Positions 12,901-26,603 of a stretch of 64,000 bases of DNA are shown here, piece after piece. Position 1 is the first letter of the stretch. Each line of letters opens with the position of its first letter. Under the pieces are notes generated by a model. It did not search any database. It was given only the letters and a program-made list of their open reading frames with translations, and had not been told where the DNA came from. The position numbers and the translations under genes are program-made. The DNA is from Marsupella aquatica (taxonomy: Eukaryota > Plantae > Marchantiophyta), in the NCBI GenBank assembly GCA_973895155.1, contig OZ316893.1, forward strand, positions 21,126,955 to 21,190,954. Reading direction: 5' to 3'.

Positions 12901-14802
12901 TTAGTGCTAGTGTAGCAACGTCTGTTTAAAGTTCCAACATTTTCTATATTGACATAGTCATTTTCCCGTCTTGTGTCTAATGTGAAACCTCCAGCCAGCC
13001 CCCACCCACAGGATGCCCACACCTAGGCCTCCAATTCCTGGGGCCCTCTCAGTGTCTGCGACACCACCCTAGATCAAATTTCACTGTCAACATCGGTTCC
13101 CAGTTGCGACATTGATCTATTAGGGCTAACACACACAATCCAGTCACTGTCAACACACCAAATTGTCTTTCACCTTATACAGACATTTATAATTTGGTAC
13201 TAAGTTACTACCCAGGTTTTGGCAAATGGTGACCCTGTCATACTTAGGTAATACCAATAAAAACCATAGATTTAAGAACCAAAAGTATCATGAAAAAGTT
13301 AAAACAGGAGGTACGTGTCCACATTTTAAAGTATCATTTCTCTCTCATTCAGGAGACTCGATAGATTCTTTCTCAAATTGACAGAAATTCCCTAATTTTT
13401 GCCAAAGTGCTTTGATGCACTATATTTAGGGTTTAGGATATAGTAGTGACACATCTAACCTTAATCAAATACCTCACTTTTGTTAGAGTAACTATGGTTA
13501 TCAAGAAACTGTGGGGTATTGCAACCGTGACTAGAAACAGCAATTTTTTCCTGTTACCAGCAAAATGTTATCGTTACCAGGAAAACAACCAATCTGAAAA
13601 TGTCTCATGAAAAGTGTCATTTTCCAAAATTCTTAAAAACACAACATTCTTTTGTGAGCTTTGGGAGCTACTATTACCAGCATCAGATGCTAGCAACGTC
13701 AACTAACACAATAAAAAACTTTAAAAGAAAATTCAAAAACAATTCAAAGACAATTACCACCATTTTTCCTGTTACCATTAACTGTTTCCTGTTACTGTTT
13801 ATCGTTTCTTGTCGTTTGTAAATACCTCAAAATGGGTCTTGTATTTGAGATAGGGCTTTCTAATCAAGTCAATTAGATTGAAGGCAAAGATATGAGTTCA
13901 ATCACAAGAAACCAGGCCTTCGAGTTTTCTGCTCAGTAGGGTCTTACATCTTAGTTAGCTTCTTTGGGGTTCTTTGGGCTGTACATTGCAAGGGACTCAC
14001 TAGTTTCTTGGCCTCCCTGGACTTACCGTGGTCTTTCCCTATTTTTCTCAGTTTATTGGGTCTTTTTGCCGTTGGGATCATGTCTCCCGGTTTTGCATTT
14101 GTGTCTTTTGGCAGTGTTATATATCCTAATACACAACAAATAGTTGTATTCAACCACAAGGCTCTTCTCTCGAACACACGGCCAACATACATTTCAAAGG
14201 CATTCTATTGGGAGACAAAAGATTTCTTTTACCGAGACAACCTATTTTTTCAGACCTGGGAAGAGACGATGCAGACTTCTCAGTTTGATGCTCAGTAGGG
14301 CTTTTAGTTCTTTAGCCATAGTTGGGGACTCGTGGGCATTTTGGCTCTTTGTCTTCCAAAGTTCTCCTTTTGTTTTATTACATTTATTGGGATCCTGTAT
14401 GGTTCTTTTTGTTATTTTCCTGAGTGCACTCAGGAAAATATGATAAAATTCCCTGACATTTTGGGAGGAAATTAAAGGGTAGGAATTGTGACACTAAAAT
14501 ATTGTCAGTAGCTTGTGTAATTTAGAGACAAAACAGTAGATACTCCAGGAATATTCTAAAATTCTTGATGTAAGCACACTTGACAGTGTCCCAGACTCGC
14601 AATCCAAATGCACGATGCTTGAGTGAAAAATTAATTTGCTCCGCTTCATTATCATTCTTTTGCATGAGAGTTTAGAACAAATTTTGGGGTCTCACTCGAA
14701 AGGGGTACCGTATACTGCATGAGCAGAATTTAAAGTTGTTTTGCAATCCACACGGGTCATGAAAACATTTCCCGCCAATTTGACAAGCGTGAACGTCTAT
14801 TG

Positions 14803-15090
14803 GGCTTCAATTCTTAGAGAATTGCTAAAACATCTCCTGAAATTCTTCTCACATGCCTCATTTTAGCTACAGTCCAGAAGTTGTAGTAGCTCAGAGGGGC
14901 TTCAATTATTAGAGCATATTGCTAAAACACCTTTTGAAATTCTTCTCACATGCCTCATATCAGCTACAGTCCAGAAGTTGTAGTTGTGGCTTCAATTCTT
15001 AGAGCTTATTGCTAAAACACCTTTTGAAATTCGTCTCACATGCGATGCCTCTTATTTGCTACAGTACAGAAGTTGTAGTCGCTCAGAGCT
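14803..15090. repeat. Tandem repeat, ~90-bp unit, 3 copies
   Basis: GGCTTCAATT.TTAGAG...ATTGCTAAAACA.CT..TGAAATTC.TCTCACATGC...GCTACAGT.CAGAAGTTGTAGT occurs three times. Confidence 0.85.
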
Positions 15091-16385
15091 ACAAGAGTAG
15101 AAGTACTGAACTGTACTCCGGAATCCCCGGTATTGCCAGCACATTGCTGCCCGGGAAAATCGACAATGGCGCCGGGCCTCGGGCAGGGGTCGAAAAGATC
15201 TTGGTCCCGGATACTGCAGAGGCGAAATTGACGGCAGGTGATAAATAAATATAATAAGCGTAGGTTAATGAGTAGGATCGGGAAAAAGTAGGACTCCCTG
15301 TTTTCCCAGGTGTGTCCCATAACAGTCAGTCCAGGACATGACTCCATGCCTGTGTGGAAGAATTCTCCTGGCATGATGACTTGTACTTTACAGAAAATTC
15401 TCCTTAGATTTCAGTGCCCGGTGGTCCGCTCATCGACGGAGAGACTCTACCTGGGAACACAGAAGGCCGGCCCATCCGTTCGATCCCACTCAGATTTTCG
15501 GAGCATCATTCTGCAGTTTTGTCATCGCGCGGGTCCGGCGGTACTGTTGCGGGTGAACCTTTCTCAACATGCATCTGTCGGAAGCGCAGAGAGAGAGAGA
15601 TTCCATTCGCACATGTAATCGATGGGATTTCAAGGCAGGCCGAAGAATTAGATGGAACAGTTCATCAGAATCGTCCTTCTTAGGAACGGGCATTGAAATT
15701 CAAGGCGGCGCTCGCTGAGGCTTTGATGGCTCCAGAAGTGTGCACCACGAACGAGGCCCAGGTCGACATCATTCGCTCCGCACTGTCTTAGTGCCTTCAG
15801 TGGGTTGTACCAAATTAGACATTACACAGGGTTGTACCAAATTCCAAACGCTGTGCGAGCTCGTGTGTGTGATTCGGATCATTTGACGTGCATGATAACC
15901 ACGAATATCACTCCCTACCACAGTGAACGCTCGACTCACAGGATATGTTTTGACTTCTTATTTTATAGAAGCACTTATCTGATTACACCTTTTAAATTGT
16001 TTTCTGAAATCTCGTCTTCAATGTTTCCAATCAAATTCTTTTCTGAAATCACTTTTTCATTGTTTACAATTGTCCCATTCATTTCCTTTACATTTTTTTT
16101 ATTGAAATCTATTTTCACTGTTTACGACCATCCCCTTCAAATCTATTGTTTTCAGTGTAAGGGCACTGTTTGAATTGACCCCTTTAGATAAATTTTTTGC
16201 CGTCACTTCCCAAAGTGCGAGCGATCATCCCCTTCAATCTTATTTTTTTCAGTTTAGGGGCAATGTGTGAATAGACCCCTTTAGTAACAAAATTTGCCGT
16301 TACTTCCCAAAGTGGCAGCGGACCGCTTCAGTTAGTTTTTCTCAACATAATGAAAATGAAGCATTCTGAATTCTAAGTGGACAAG

Positions 16386-16517
16386 AATCTAGTGAATAGA
16401 GGAGAGTAATCTAGTGAATAGAGGAATCTAGTGAATAGAGGAAAGGAATCTAGTGAATAGAGGAATCTAGTGAATAGAGGAAAGTAATCTAGTGAATAGA
16501 GGAATCTAGTGAATAGA
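16386..16517. repeat. Minisatellite: 7 copies of AATCTAGTGAATAGA
   Basis: Directly visible. Spacing alternates between about 22 and 17 bp. The array is flanked by a duplicated ~55-bp block (~16330-16384 and ~16577-16630). Confidence 0.9.
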
Positions 16518-17799
16518 CCATGTTTAGTTATTCTTTTGTTTCCATTTACTTCCCAATGTGCCAGCAGACCCCTTTAGTTAGTTTTTCTCAACGTAATAAA
16601 AATGAAGCATTCTGAATTCTAAGTGGACAAAAGTTAAAACTGCAAACCTTTTCCACCTTAGCCAGGGTTATTACGTTATCGACTCTGGCAGGAATATAAC
16701 AATTACTCATCACAAACTATATTTCCACTTCCATCCTAGCCAGGGGTCTTACTCTTAGGCTATGCTCTTGCCTGTGGGAGGGTCATAATTACTCATCATA
16801 AACTAAATGTCCGGGCCACTCATTTCAATGTTTGTTTTGCTCAGATTTCTCTTCTCTTTGGAATGTGTGATGTGGCGACTATTAGTATGCCTACCCTTTA
16901 AAGCTAATCATCCACATCACGTTAACAACAGTTATGGCCTTTTAAAACACAACATATTTTTCCATATTTTGTTAAGATAGGGCAAATGTTCATTTCATTT
17001 TCAAAAGCGGCACATGCTTTATCAGGTTGAAACAAAGTTCCGGGATGAAACTCACTTCAGTTCCATGGACATGCTATACTCTCAGTCTAAGGACCGGCAA
17101 CCTCAGGGAGAATTCGTGGATATAAATGTATACATACGAAAGCATACTGACACAGGGGACGAGCATGCTATATTTCTCAGTTTGGACCAGCGGCAACCTC
17201 GAGGGAGAACTCGTGCATATTGAGTCGACATACCAAGCGTACTGAAACGAGGGTGGATTGCAAATTCTGATTTTCAGAAGATCTGCAGTTGACCCTCGTG
17301 TACTTGCAGGGCTGCTAAACATGACAAAATGCAGTCGACCCTCGTGGACATCTGATCTACTGAGAAATGAGAAAATGTTGCAGCTTGTTGCGGTATGGCC
17401 AACTTTGTACAAACGGTGACAGATATTCATGTCAAAACATTCTTCATGGAAATAGAAAACACTTCCAAAGTTTAAAACGCCGGTACCCTGAAGGATTTAT
17501 GCAAGAGCTTGGTACTTCTTCAATCGCTCCTGCAGTGAGACTGTCTCATCAAAGGAACGTTCGCGACTAATGTCGCTATTCCACAGGAGTAGAACGTGTT
17601 CAGGCTAGTGAATGACTTGATATTATAGAAGGGCATTTTTTGCAAGTGTCGGAAACTTACATCACCATAATTTTACAACGGATCATGGATGACAACTACG
17701 GATGATCCGTTACAAGATGAACGATACCGATTTTCTTCAAAATTGGCAGTTAAACTTGCAGTTTCTGCTGGGCATGTCAGTTCATCCTGTTCTCCGGTG

Positions 17800-20700
17800 C
17801 ATTTGGCCTCCCATACTAAATACAGGGTAAATGGCGTTACTAGGCAATTATAGGCTACACTTTGAAACCACGAATGGAATCAAGCCGCGCAACAGCCATA
17901 TCTAACATGCACATTTCACGGTAAAAACGCCAGGCTTACGGAGTGACTACAATTCGCTACGTTAGTATGTGCTCTGATTTCCTGGGAAAATACCCCCAAC
18001 AAACGCAAGTATTACCATAGCTGCGTTACTATATATAACGATTTCCTGGCAGCGTCCTCTCCAAGCACATTTTCTGGGTAACCACATTTGACAATACAGA
18101 TTTTGAAGGGACACGTCCTCAGCAAGCACATTTTCTGGGCAGACATTTGCAAATTTCGAGGGGACACTGAATTTCATTAGCATATACGATGGTTACAAAG
18201 CATTGGCAAAACCTCAACTTCCAAAGTCCCTATTACCGCTATGAATTTGGCATTCCCATTGCGACATCTCGGAATACATGTTCGCTAAGCTGCGTTATAT
18301 CATTTTTGCAAACTTCGAAGGGCGTTACCATAGCTGCGTTACTATATGTAACGATTTCCTGGCAACGTCCTCTCCAAGCACATTTTCTAGGTAACCACAT
18401 TTGACAATACAGATTTTGAAGGGACACGTCCTCAGCAAGCACATTTTCTGGGCAGACATTTACAAATTTCGAGGGGACACTGAATTTCATTAGCACATAC
18501 GATGGTTACAAAGCATTGGCCGAACCTCAACTTCCAAAGTCCCTATTACCGCTATGAATTTGGCATTCCCATTGCGACATCTCGGAATACATGTATGTTC
18601 GCTAAGCTGCGTTATATCATTTTTGCTAACTTCGAAGGGCGAAGGCCTTCTACAAGCTACTGAATTGCTCCTCTAAACGAGCTGAGGTTCCTACAAGCCA
18701 TTTGTTTCTGACAATGATGGTAAGTCCCAAAGCTTAAGCCATTCGACCTTTGCCATTCGACGATTCGACCTTTGCCACTCGACGATTTCTCCTCACGATT
18801 GCTCTGGCCTGTAGTATCAATAGCAACCGTAGATACGTGCCACGACCACTGCTTGCCAAACCAACAGGAAGTAAGACTGACTATCGATGATGGTTGCACA
18901 TCTATCCGTACTTCTAGAAATCATATCTCAGTAACAATGACAATCCTTCAAGGTGTCAACTACTGCTATGAATACTATACAAACTGCAGATCAAGTGTGC
19001 ATAGACAGACAGTTGAAATCCACGGAAGCATGGATGACTGCCTCCTCAATAGTAAGCCCTCAGCTGAGCACAGACATAATTCTAGTAATTATGAACATGG
19101 GAGGATCAGCTAGGGGTTTGCCATTGACGAAGAAGGCACCACACGAGGCCAGACGATGACGGGGTCGTCCATGATCACTGGTGACGTAGACATCTTCAGA
19201 AATCCGAGCGACACCTTGTATAGTTCCTTTTGAGTATAGACGACTTCCTCATCAATAGTGAACCCTCAGCTGGTGCTCGAAGAGACTACATCTAAAAACA
19301 AGCCGTCAGCTAGGGGCCGTCAGCTAGGGGTTTGCCATTGATGACGAAAACACCATACGAGGAAGTTGGGTAGGGATCCCTACAGTTGTTTGGTAGTTAA
19401 AAACCACCTGCAAAAAAGCGGTCAGATAGGGGTATGCTATTGATGACGAAAACAGCATACGAGATATTGGGAACAGGCTCCCTTCAGTTGATTTGAAAGA
19501 GCAGTCACAAACTCCGTCTGCAAACAAGAGGTCAGATAGGAGTTGGAAAAATGTGGAAGACACCATGAGGATGGGGGGATCAAGCTTGCTCGGGTAGAAC
19601 TTGCATGAAGTCACCGTCACCGTTACTACAGGATCATTCATTGGTCTTCCCTTGCACATGGACACCAGTGCAATACGATCCGCTACGACAGGAACGCGGG
19701 GAGAAACAAGCTAGAATACATCGGGTGAATCACCCGGTACAAAGGTAATCCTGCAGATATCTGCTGAGATACTAGAGATTGACGAACAAAGGGATGAACT
19801 CACAATCTAGCATCGTAGTCTCTTTGATGGGGTGAGGACCAGACATACGCCCCATCAAGCTACTCCAAAGCACGTCAGGGATCCCCAGCATCAAGACAAG
19901 TGACACTCATCAACGGTAGGATTGATGGACGGAGAGAGCACAACAGTTGGACAACGGATAGAGCTAGCAGAAACGAGAGCACATCCATGACGCGGCGGTC
20001 AGCCAGAAACCTAGAGTAAATCAAGTTCTGATGACAGTCATGGATCCAAACTACACGGATCGACACAATTTCAAAACGAAGACTAGATCAGATTCCGAAT
20101 GAAGACTTGAACATCATGGATGTCACAGCAAACCAATCCTGTACCATTTCCTTCAGATATCGCCGCGGAGGACCACTCAATTTATCGTGGCAAGTCCTTT
20201 CCACCGATCGAGAACGGCACCAACAAAGATGATAAGCCATCTCCCTTCTAGCCAAGCTCCTACCACGATTCCGGCATCATCCATCAAAATCAAACCTAGA
20301 AGGCAGGCAGGCAGGCAACAGGTCCAAAAACGACTCTCAAGTCGAAGTCCTCCAGACGATCGAGGGAGAGAGCAAAGAAAATCGCTCAACTTCATAGCCG
20401 ACCAAACACGGCAGGCCGCAAGCAAGAACGAACCAAACTGGCACTCTAACCAGACATGACAGCCACTCAGTGGCACGGCACCAAACACAACGAGTCTGGA
20501 AAAACCCCCGTTGGAACTCATCAATCCCATTCCTCCTCGGATCCTGAATTGCAGGATAGAGTTGAGCAGCTGAGAGCCGACAACGGAGCTCCGTTGTCGC
20601 GAGCTCTTAGATCTGCTCAGAGTGCAGACTGATTAACCTGGCTAGCACCTAAATACTGCACTCTCGCCCCTCTTTGTCTCATTTCCTAAAGAACCAAGGG

Positions 20701-20800
20701 GCGGTCCCGAACGGGAAGGTTCACGAGCGGCCAGTCAGGGGCAGCACTGCTACTCTAGGAAGGCAAGGGAACCTGCGCCGGGCAGCCCACACGACGGCGA
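17800..20800 (-). repeat. Dispersed repeat, copy A (paralogous to ~32700-35250); decayed and unclassified
   Basis: Shares colinear blocks with copy B: TCAGCTAGGGGTTTGCCATTGACGAAGAAGGCACCACACGAGGCCA, TCCTCATCAATAGT.AACCCTCAGCTGGTGCTCGAAGA, CGATCGAGGGAGAGAGCAAAG and ACACGGCAGGCCGCAAGCAAG. Boundaries are approximate. Confidence 0.75.
18012..18641. repeat. Recent tandem duplication of ~313 bp
   Basis: TTACCATAGCTGCGTTACTATAT... starts at 18012 and again at 18325. ORFs 17962-18183 and 18239-18496 are near-identical translations. Confidence 0.95.
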
Positions 20801-23800
20801 AGAATCCGCTTTCGGGCTCCATGTTTGGGTCTGTCGGAAATACAGGGAATTACTATTCTTAGTATTTTATATATTTCTTATCCATCGATCGACGACAGAG
20901 ATGAATGGCCGGGATCGATTTAGAGCTCCTAATGGGGCCCCCTTTATACGTCAATTATTATTGTACTGTTTCATTTTCGATTCTGCGCCAAAAATAAATT
21001 ATTTTCTACTTCTAAATTATACAGTAGTTATATTTACTTGTCTTAATTAAACAAAGTGAGTGAAGTCCGGAAGGACCTCCAAGTTGGACACACTGTTCGT
21101 ATTTATCACATTTTGGTGGTCCATAATAATTTCGGGTTTATAATTTAATGATGAATCTTAAAATAATTTTTAGTTTTTCATCTACAAGATAACTAGAGAA
21201 AGAGGAGACATAAAAAAACAAGACCTAACATTTTGTATTAGTTCAATGAAAATTAATCTAATAATCTATCACTTCACATTCCATGATGAATAACTTAACA
21301 GAACTGATCAAAAATTCACTGTCATTTTGAGGGAAGTGTGTAGCTTACTAAAACCCTTCCCATCCTCAAAACTAAATTATTGAACATCGAGTTATTACAA
21401 TAATTTCAAATTTGGGGAAATCTAATACAATGGGGTTTTCAAGGACCAACGTTATGGTTTTCAATCATTCATTTTAAAAAGTATGAATACCCGAAAAATG
21501 CTTCACAAGGACATAGACTTTATTAATTGTTTCGACCCATACCTTAATAATTGTTTAATGTTCTAGACCAGCACTTGACCTGTAGCGGGCAGCAGCTGCC
21601 AAAATTCAGTACAGTGATTACATTATGTTTTTTTGTTTCCCGTTAGCCAGTTTTTCATCTAGCCAAGACCTATTAATCAGAATCTAATGGTCATCTTTAA
21701 CTGTCTCACTCTACATAGATCTAATTGGCAAGAAATATTCATAGCATCTTGCTAACATTCACTGACTAAACCGGACAAAACCTTAAAGATTTGGTTAGGG
21801 GGCAGGCAGTAGGCACAGAGGAACACCTGACCGGCACCGGATTGTAGCGGGCAGGCAGCAGTTGCGGCCAGTGTATGGGTTAAGCCAGCAAAAAGGGTGC
21901 AGTCTCGGGCCATAAAGGAGACTGCCACAAGGGGATCTTTGGCACACACATAATTATCTGCATCGAGGATGGATGCAGATCAACGGTCAGGCGCGGGTGT
22001 AGGGAGGCACCCTGATAGAGGCCCAGTTTTCTATGAAATGAAGGAAGGTGCTGGTTGTCCCTAGCACTTTCCATGCTCGGTTTTTCTCCTGAATTGTAGG
22101 AAAAGAAGCCTAGATGGACCCTCCTCCCGGTTTGTAAAAACACCCAAATTGAAAATAACATGATTTGTATGAACGTCAGAGAAGCCTTTTCTCAGATAAT
22201 AATACACATTACACCCTATAATGGAATGTGAAGTAAACAAGACAACTAGTGTACCTTTGGAAATTAATCAGTCTCTCAATATCAATCTATTCATTAAAAG
22301 TGAATTATTATTCAATTTATGAATATTTGGGTAATAAAAAATGTACATTTGACCTTCAAAAATGTACAACTAGGCAAGAAATAAAGTTGATGACCATTAG
22401 ATGTACCACCATGTTCATCATTTGTAAATGAACTAGGATGAGACTCCTTCTAGTCAAGATCATTTTTGTCACCTCAAGTTTACAACTGATCATTTAGGTG
22501 TATAGTATTATACCATAGTGTACCTTTTGGGTTTTAAAAGTGTACATTTAGAGACCAAAAAGTGAACATTTAGAGGCCTAAAAGTGAACAAAATAAAATA
22601 CACTTTTAATGCATAGGGTGATCAATTTCTAATATCTAATCTAATTTAACCATGCCAGGGTTGTTTTCCTAATTATGTTCATAGAAAGAGCTTGTTGGGA
22701 TCCATTCTCTACTGGACTCAACAAGTATCACTTGTTTTGTCACCTAACATTAGTTTTTACATAAAAAAAAGTTTCTCCCTCTTAGGAAGAGCGCACCAAC
22801 CAACTTAAGAGTGTGGGTTTTGGCAGACTTTGTCCATTTAGCTAGACCATTCTTTATCTCTCTTTTAGCTCAGATTTTACCAACATGTTCCCTCATATCC
22901 AATCTGTTACCTGCCAAAGTTTGAGAGTTTTTTTGAACATTTGCCATTTCAGATGAGGACAAAGATGATCAAACATTATAAATCAACTGAAACATATATA
23001 TGTTTCTTTTGAGAGGAATGTCTTGAATAGTTGGGTATGAGAAATTAGTTTGTGAAAGTTGGACCAATGATGATGACTTTTGGGGGATAATGAACATTAT
23101 ATATAGAATTACTCAACCGCTAACAGTGGCCATGGCAACAGTTTGCTCCAACATATCCATTGAGACAGTTGATCATAACAGGTATATCATTGTATAGACT
23201 CTCAAGTAATTATTTTCTCATCCTTGATTGAGTCCAATGATGATTCATTTTTACATTGACTGATAGTGGTGTCACTACATCATAGAAGAAATGGGCTTAT
23301 TATTATTTGCTTCTTACTGAACCTTTCACTCATGATTGATTGAAAACACCCTCAACTAAGTTGTGTGAATTAAAATGAATCTGCCAAATCATTTATCTCA
23401 AGTTAACAACATTGTTTGTTTTTTTGCTCCCCCATGATGTCTAACCCACCTCATCGATGAGGGTCATTGGAAAGTTTATGAAATCCATTTTCTTTAAATT
23501 TGTATAATGAGTAGGTCCCAAGGCTAGACATCTTGTAGCCCTGTTGTGTGTTCTGATCAGCGTTCCTCAGGTACAGCAACACGGTTTGCTCAATGGATAA
23601 GTGTAGGGGCAACGACCCAGTACCAAACTGGAATTGAAGCCGTGGACTCTTCGCTACCCAGCCACGAAGCAGGTTCCGAAGGGTTGGTGAACCTTTGATC
23701 TATATGTCCCCACCTAGAAGAATAGCTTCAGCAGCAGTCCACCTCCTTCTTTCTTTTTTGTTTGGCCCGGATCTCAGGCTATTCAGAATGAGTTCCTGGG

Positions 23801-24472
23801 CCATGATCACCCATTCCCGGTCTACACCAGAAATCAGCTTCACCGTATGTCTCATCTTCAGATTATGAGCTTGATCTTCGAATGGTTGAGGACCCAGCCC
23901 ACCGTCACCTTTGGATCCCGTTATCACCTTCCATGCAATCAGCGCTTTCTTGGGTTGGGCGGTGGATCTAAGGAGATTCTTGGCAAACAGAGGAATTCAG
24001 AAGTTACAGGATCTGCTAACGCCTCAGGGTGAATGGAGACAGGTTAACAACATCACACAGATTAGTAGGAGCCACAGGCGGATTAGGTATGATGAATTTA
24101 ACTGCTTCTACGACCGTTTGTGCAGAAGTGACAGACCGGTGCCAGCTGCTCTTGCGAAGTGTGACGGGTGGAGATGGGATTGGAAAGGGAAAAACAAAGG
24201 ATGGATCTTCTCGATGAAAACCTGGAACCAGTGCAAAACCACGTCTCCACCGGAGGTCACACAACTTAATCACAGATGGGGATAGACGCTTACCACTGAC
24301 AGATGGAACCAGATTTGGAAGCACAACTGGGGAGGATGGACATTCACTAAGTTTAGGTTCTTTTTGTGGCGTTTGCTGAACCACGGTCTTTTCACCAACG
24401 GGAGAGCCAAAAACTGGGGGGTCTCTGATGGTAAATGTGATCGCTGCAAGGAGGCCGTTGAAACCACCGAGC

Positions 24473-24817
24473 TGTTAGGATTTACTCTTAGGTCTAGAGT
24501 TACGAATATACCGTAGTTAAGACTAACCTTAGTCGCAGACTTGGTTAGGTTAGTCATGCTGTGCACACTCTATAACCAAGCGGTGTTTGCTTGGAGAGGT
24601 GGAACTTAGACTCATTGTTACGGAGCCAGTTGAGAGATAGGGAGAGCTTATGCTATGGATGCTTGGTATGGCCAGTCGGCCTAGAGTGCAGTAAAGCTCT
24701 TGTGTGTTCCCGTGGACGTAGCCTCATGTGGAGGTGAACCACGTATCTCTCTGTGTCAACTATTGTGCGTTAGATGGTTCATGGGCTTGCCGTTGCGATC
24801 GTCATCTATGCTCAACA
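24473..24817 (+). repeat. 5' LTR
   Basis: TGTTAGGATTTACTC...CTCAACA, followed by the PBS. Confidence 0.95.
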
Positions 24818-26062
24818 ATTGGTATCAGAGCATGCCTGGGAGGTGACGAGGTTTTTTCGTGACGGTTTTCCAGCGTTCATTGTTGGTGTTGCATTCGGGG
24901 TTTCGTCACATGAAAGTCGAATGTGTGTGGCTGAGCGAATAGGTTAGTGAGAGGGCTTTCTAACGGTGGTTAAAACTCATTGATCGGTATCTGTGGTGCG
25001 GAGGAATTGAAGTTTGCGTCGTTCAGGGTTTATTCGTGTTCGACGGGATTTCGGGAGAGAGACCAGAGATTTCTTTTTCAACGGTGTGAGTTGTGCGGTG
25101 CGGGAGGCACCGCATGTTATAGCTCAAGTTGAAGGTTGAAGCAAGTTGGTCATTTTGGTACCTGGTTTGCTGGCGTTTGTGGAGCGAGTGCGTCGTGACG
25201 AGTGAAAGTTGAGTTCTGGTTTTTTGACAAGCTATGGTGCTTGTTTTTCCCTGAACCGGATTACTCATCGTGACGCTTGACTCGGAGGAAGAAACGCGAA
25301 GTGCTGAGGCTCAACGGAGAGATCGTGGTGAGGCGATCGTTTTGAGTCCGGGATTGGCCTTTGACACGGAGAGAGTAAGACACGGCGGAGGTTTTCTCTT
25401 CTCTGGTGGAGCTATAGACGTGCCTGTGCAATTCGGCAACATTTCATGTCGGCGGTCATCAATTTTCTCATTGGAAACCGAAGCGAAGGCACCTGAGGTT
25501 TGTAACACTACATTTGTGTCAGTCTTTGGCACATTTTAAGGTTAGTTTAGGGCATTTTTTTGCCCCCATACGGCCTGTATACCTTCAAATCCCGACAAAC
25601 CTACTTTGCCATATGCCCCGGCGCGCGCCCCGACCTCCCACACCCCTTTAAGCGTGAAAATGTGCTTTTTCTGGTGAAAATACGGCCCAAAATGCCCTTA
25701 TACGGTCCCAATACGCAAAAATACGTGCTTTTTGACCCCTTTAACCCATTTTTTTCATGTTTTTTGGCAATTTATACGTGATCCTGGTCGCGAATACGCG
25801 CGCATGGCCGCAAATATGTGCGCCTTTTCCAAGGGCTTTAAGACCCCTTTAAAGTGCTTTTCTCTGAATTTTTTTCTCCTCCTCCTCATTGGTTGTGCCG
25901 CATCCCGGGCCCTGTGACCCTCCATTTTAACTGCTTAGATAGGGGGAACGGCCCCCTGTGAGACCTGTCGGACTGTGCGGGAATATTCTCAAAAAACAGA
26001 GAGTTGCTTTTTGGCCGTCCGACAAAGATTCTGTCCGCCGAACGGTAACTTTTTTGGTATTG

Positions 26063-26412
26063 CTCAGTCTACTACAGAAGCGGAGTATATTGCAACAGCG
26101 GAAGCAACAAAGGAAGCGATTTGGTTGGATAGACTTATCACTGAGATGGGATTGCCACAAGGGAATGTGAAGCTCCATTGTGATAGTCAGAGTGCACTCC
26201 ACCTTGCTGTGAACCAGGTGATGGACAGTAGAGTGAAGCACATCGACGTTAGGTACCATTTTATCAGGCAGGCTGTGTCTGATAATATGTTTGAGCTAGT
26301 CAAGATTGACGGTAAACTCAACCCGGCTGACGCTTTTACCAAAATGATTCCTTTAGAGAGTTTTTCTACACACCGTGATGCGTTGCAGGTTTTGCAATTG
26401 CCTCACAAGTAG
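26063..26412 (+). pseudogene. Copia pol RNase H fragment
   Basis: AQSTTEAEYIA...LHCDSQSALHLAVNQVMDSRVKHIDVRYHFIRQ...KLNPADAFTK is the canonical Copia RNase H signature. No gag, integrase or RT is visible. Confidence 0.93.
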
Positions 26413-26603
26413 GGTTACTTAACATTTGTGTAGATACTGAGATATGCTCTTGCTCATTCCTTGTATAGGCTACGGCTTAGTTTTGGTCTATTCTCGTATA
26501 AAGAGGGAAAAACCGGTTTGGTTTTTCTTTCCAGAACTTCCCGCTGAGTAGTCATATTGGTAGCAGTCTTTACCCTCCCCTAGACCAGAGTCAAGGGGGA
26601 GAT

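Noticed and set aside
16386-16517. CRISPR-like array
   Set aside because: Spacers are only 2-8 nt and repetitive, there are no cas genes, and the context is eukaryotic. It is a minisatellite.
25506-25515. CACTA terminus inside the Copia element
   Set aside because: No matching TAGTG end or 3-bp TSD found.
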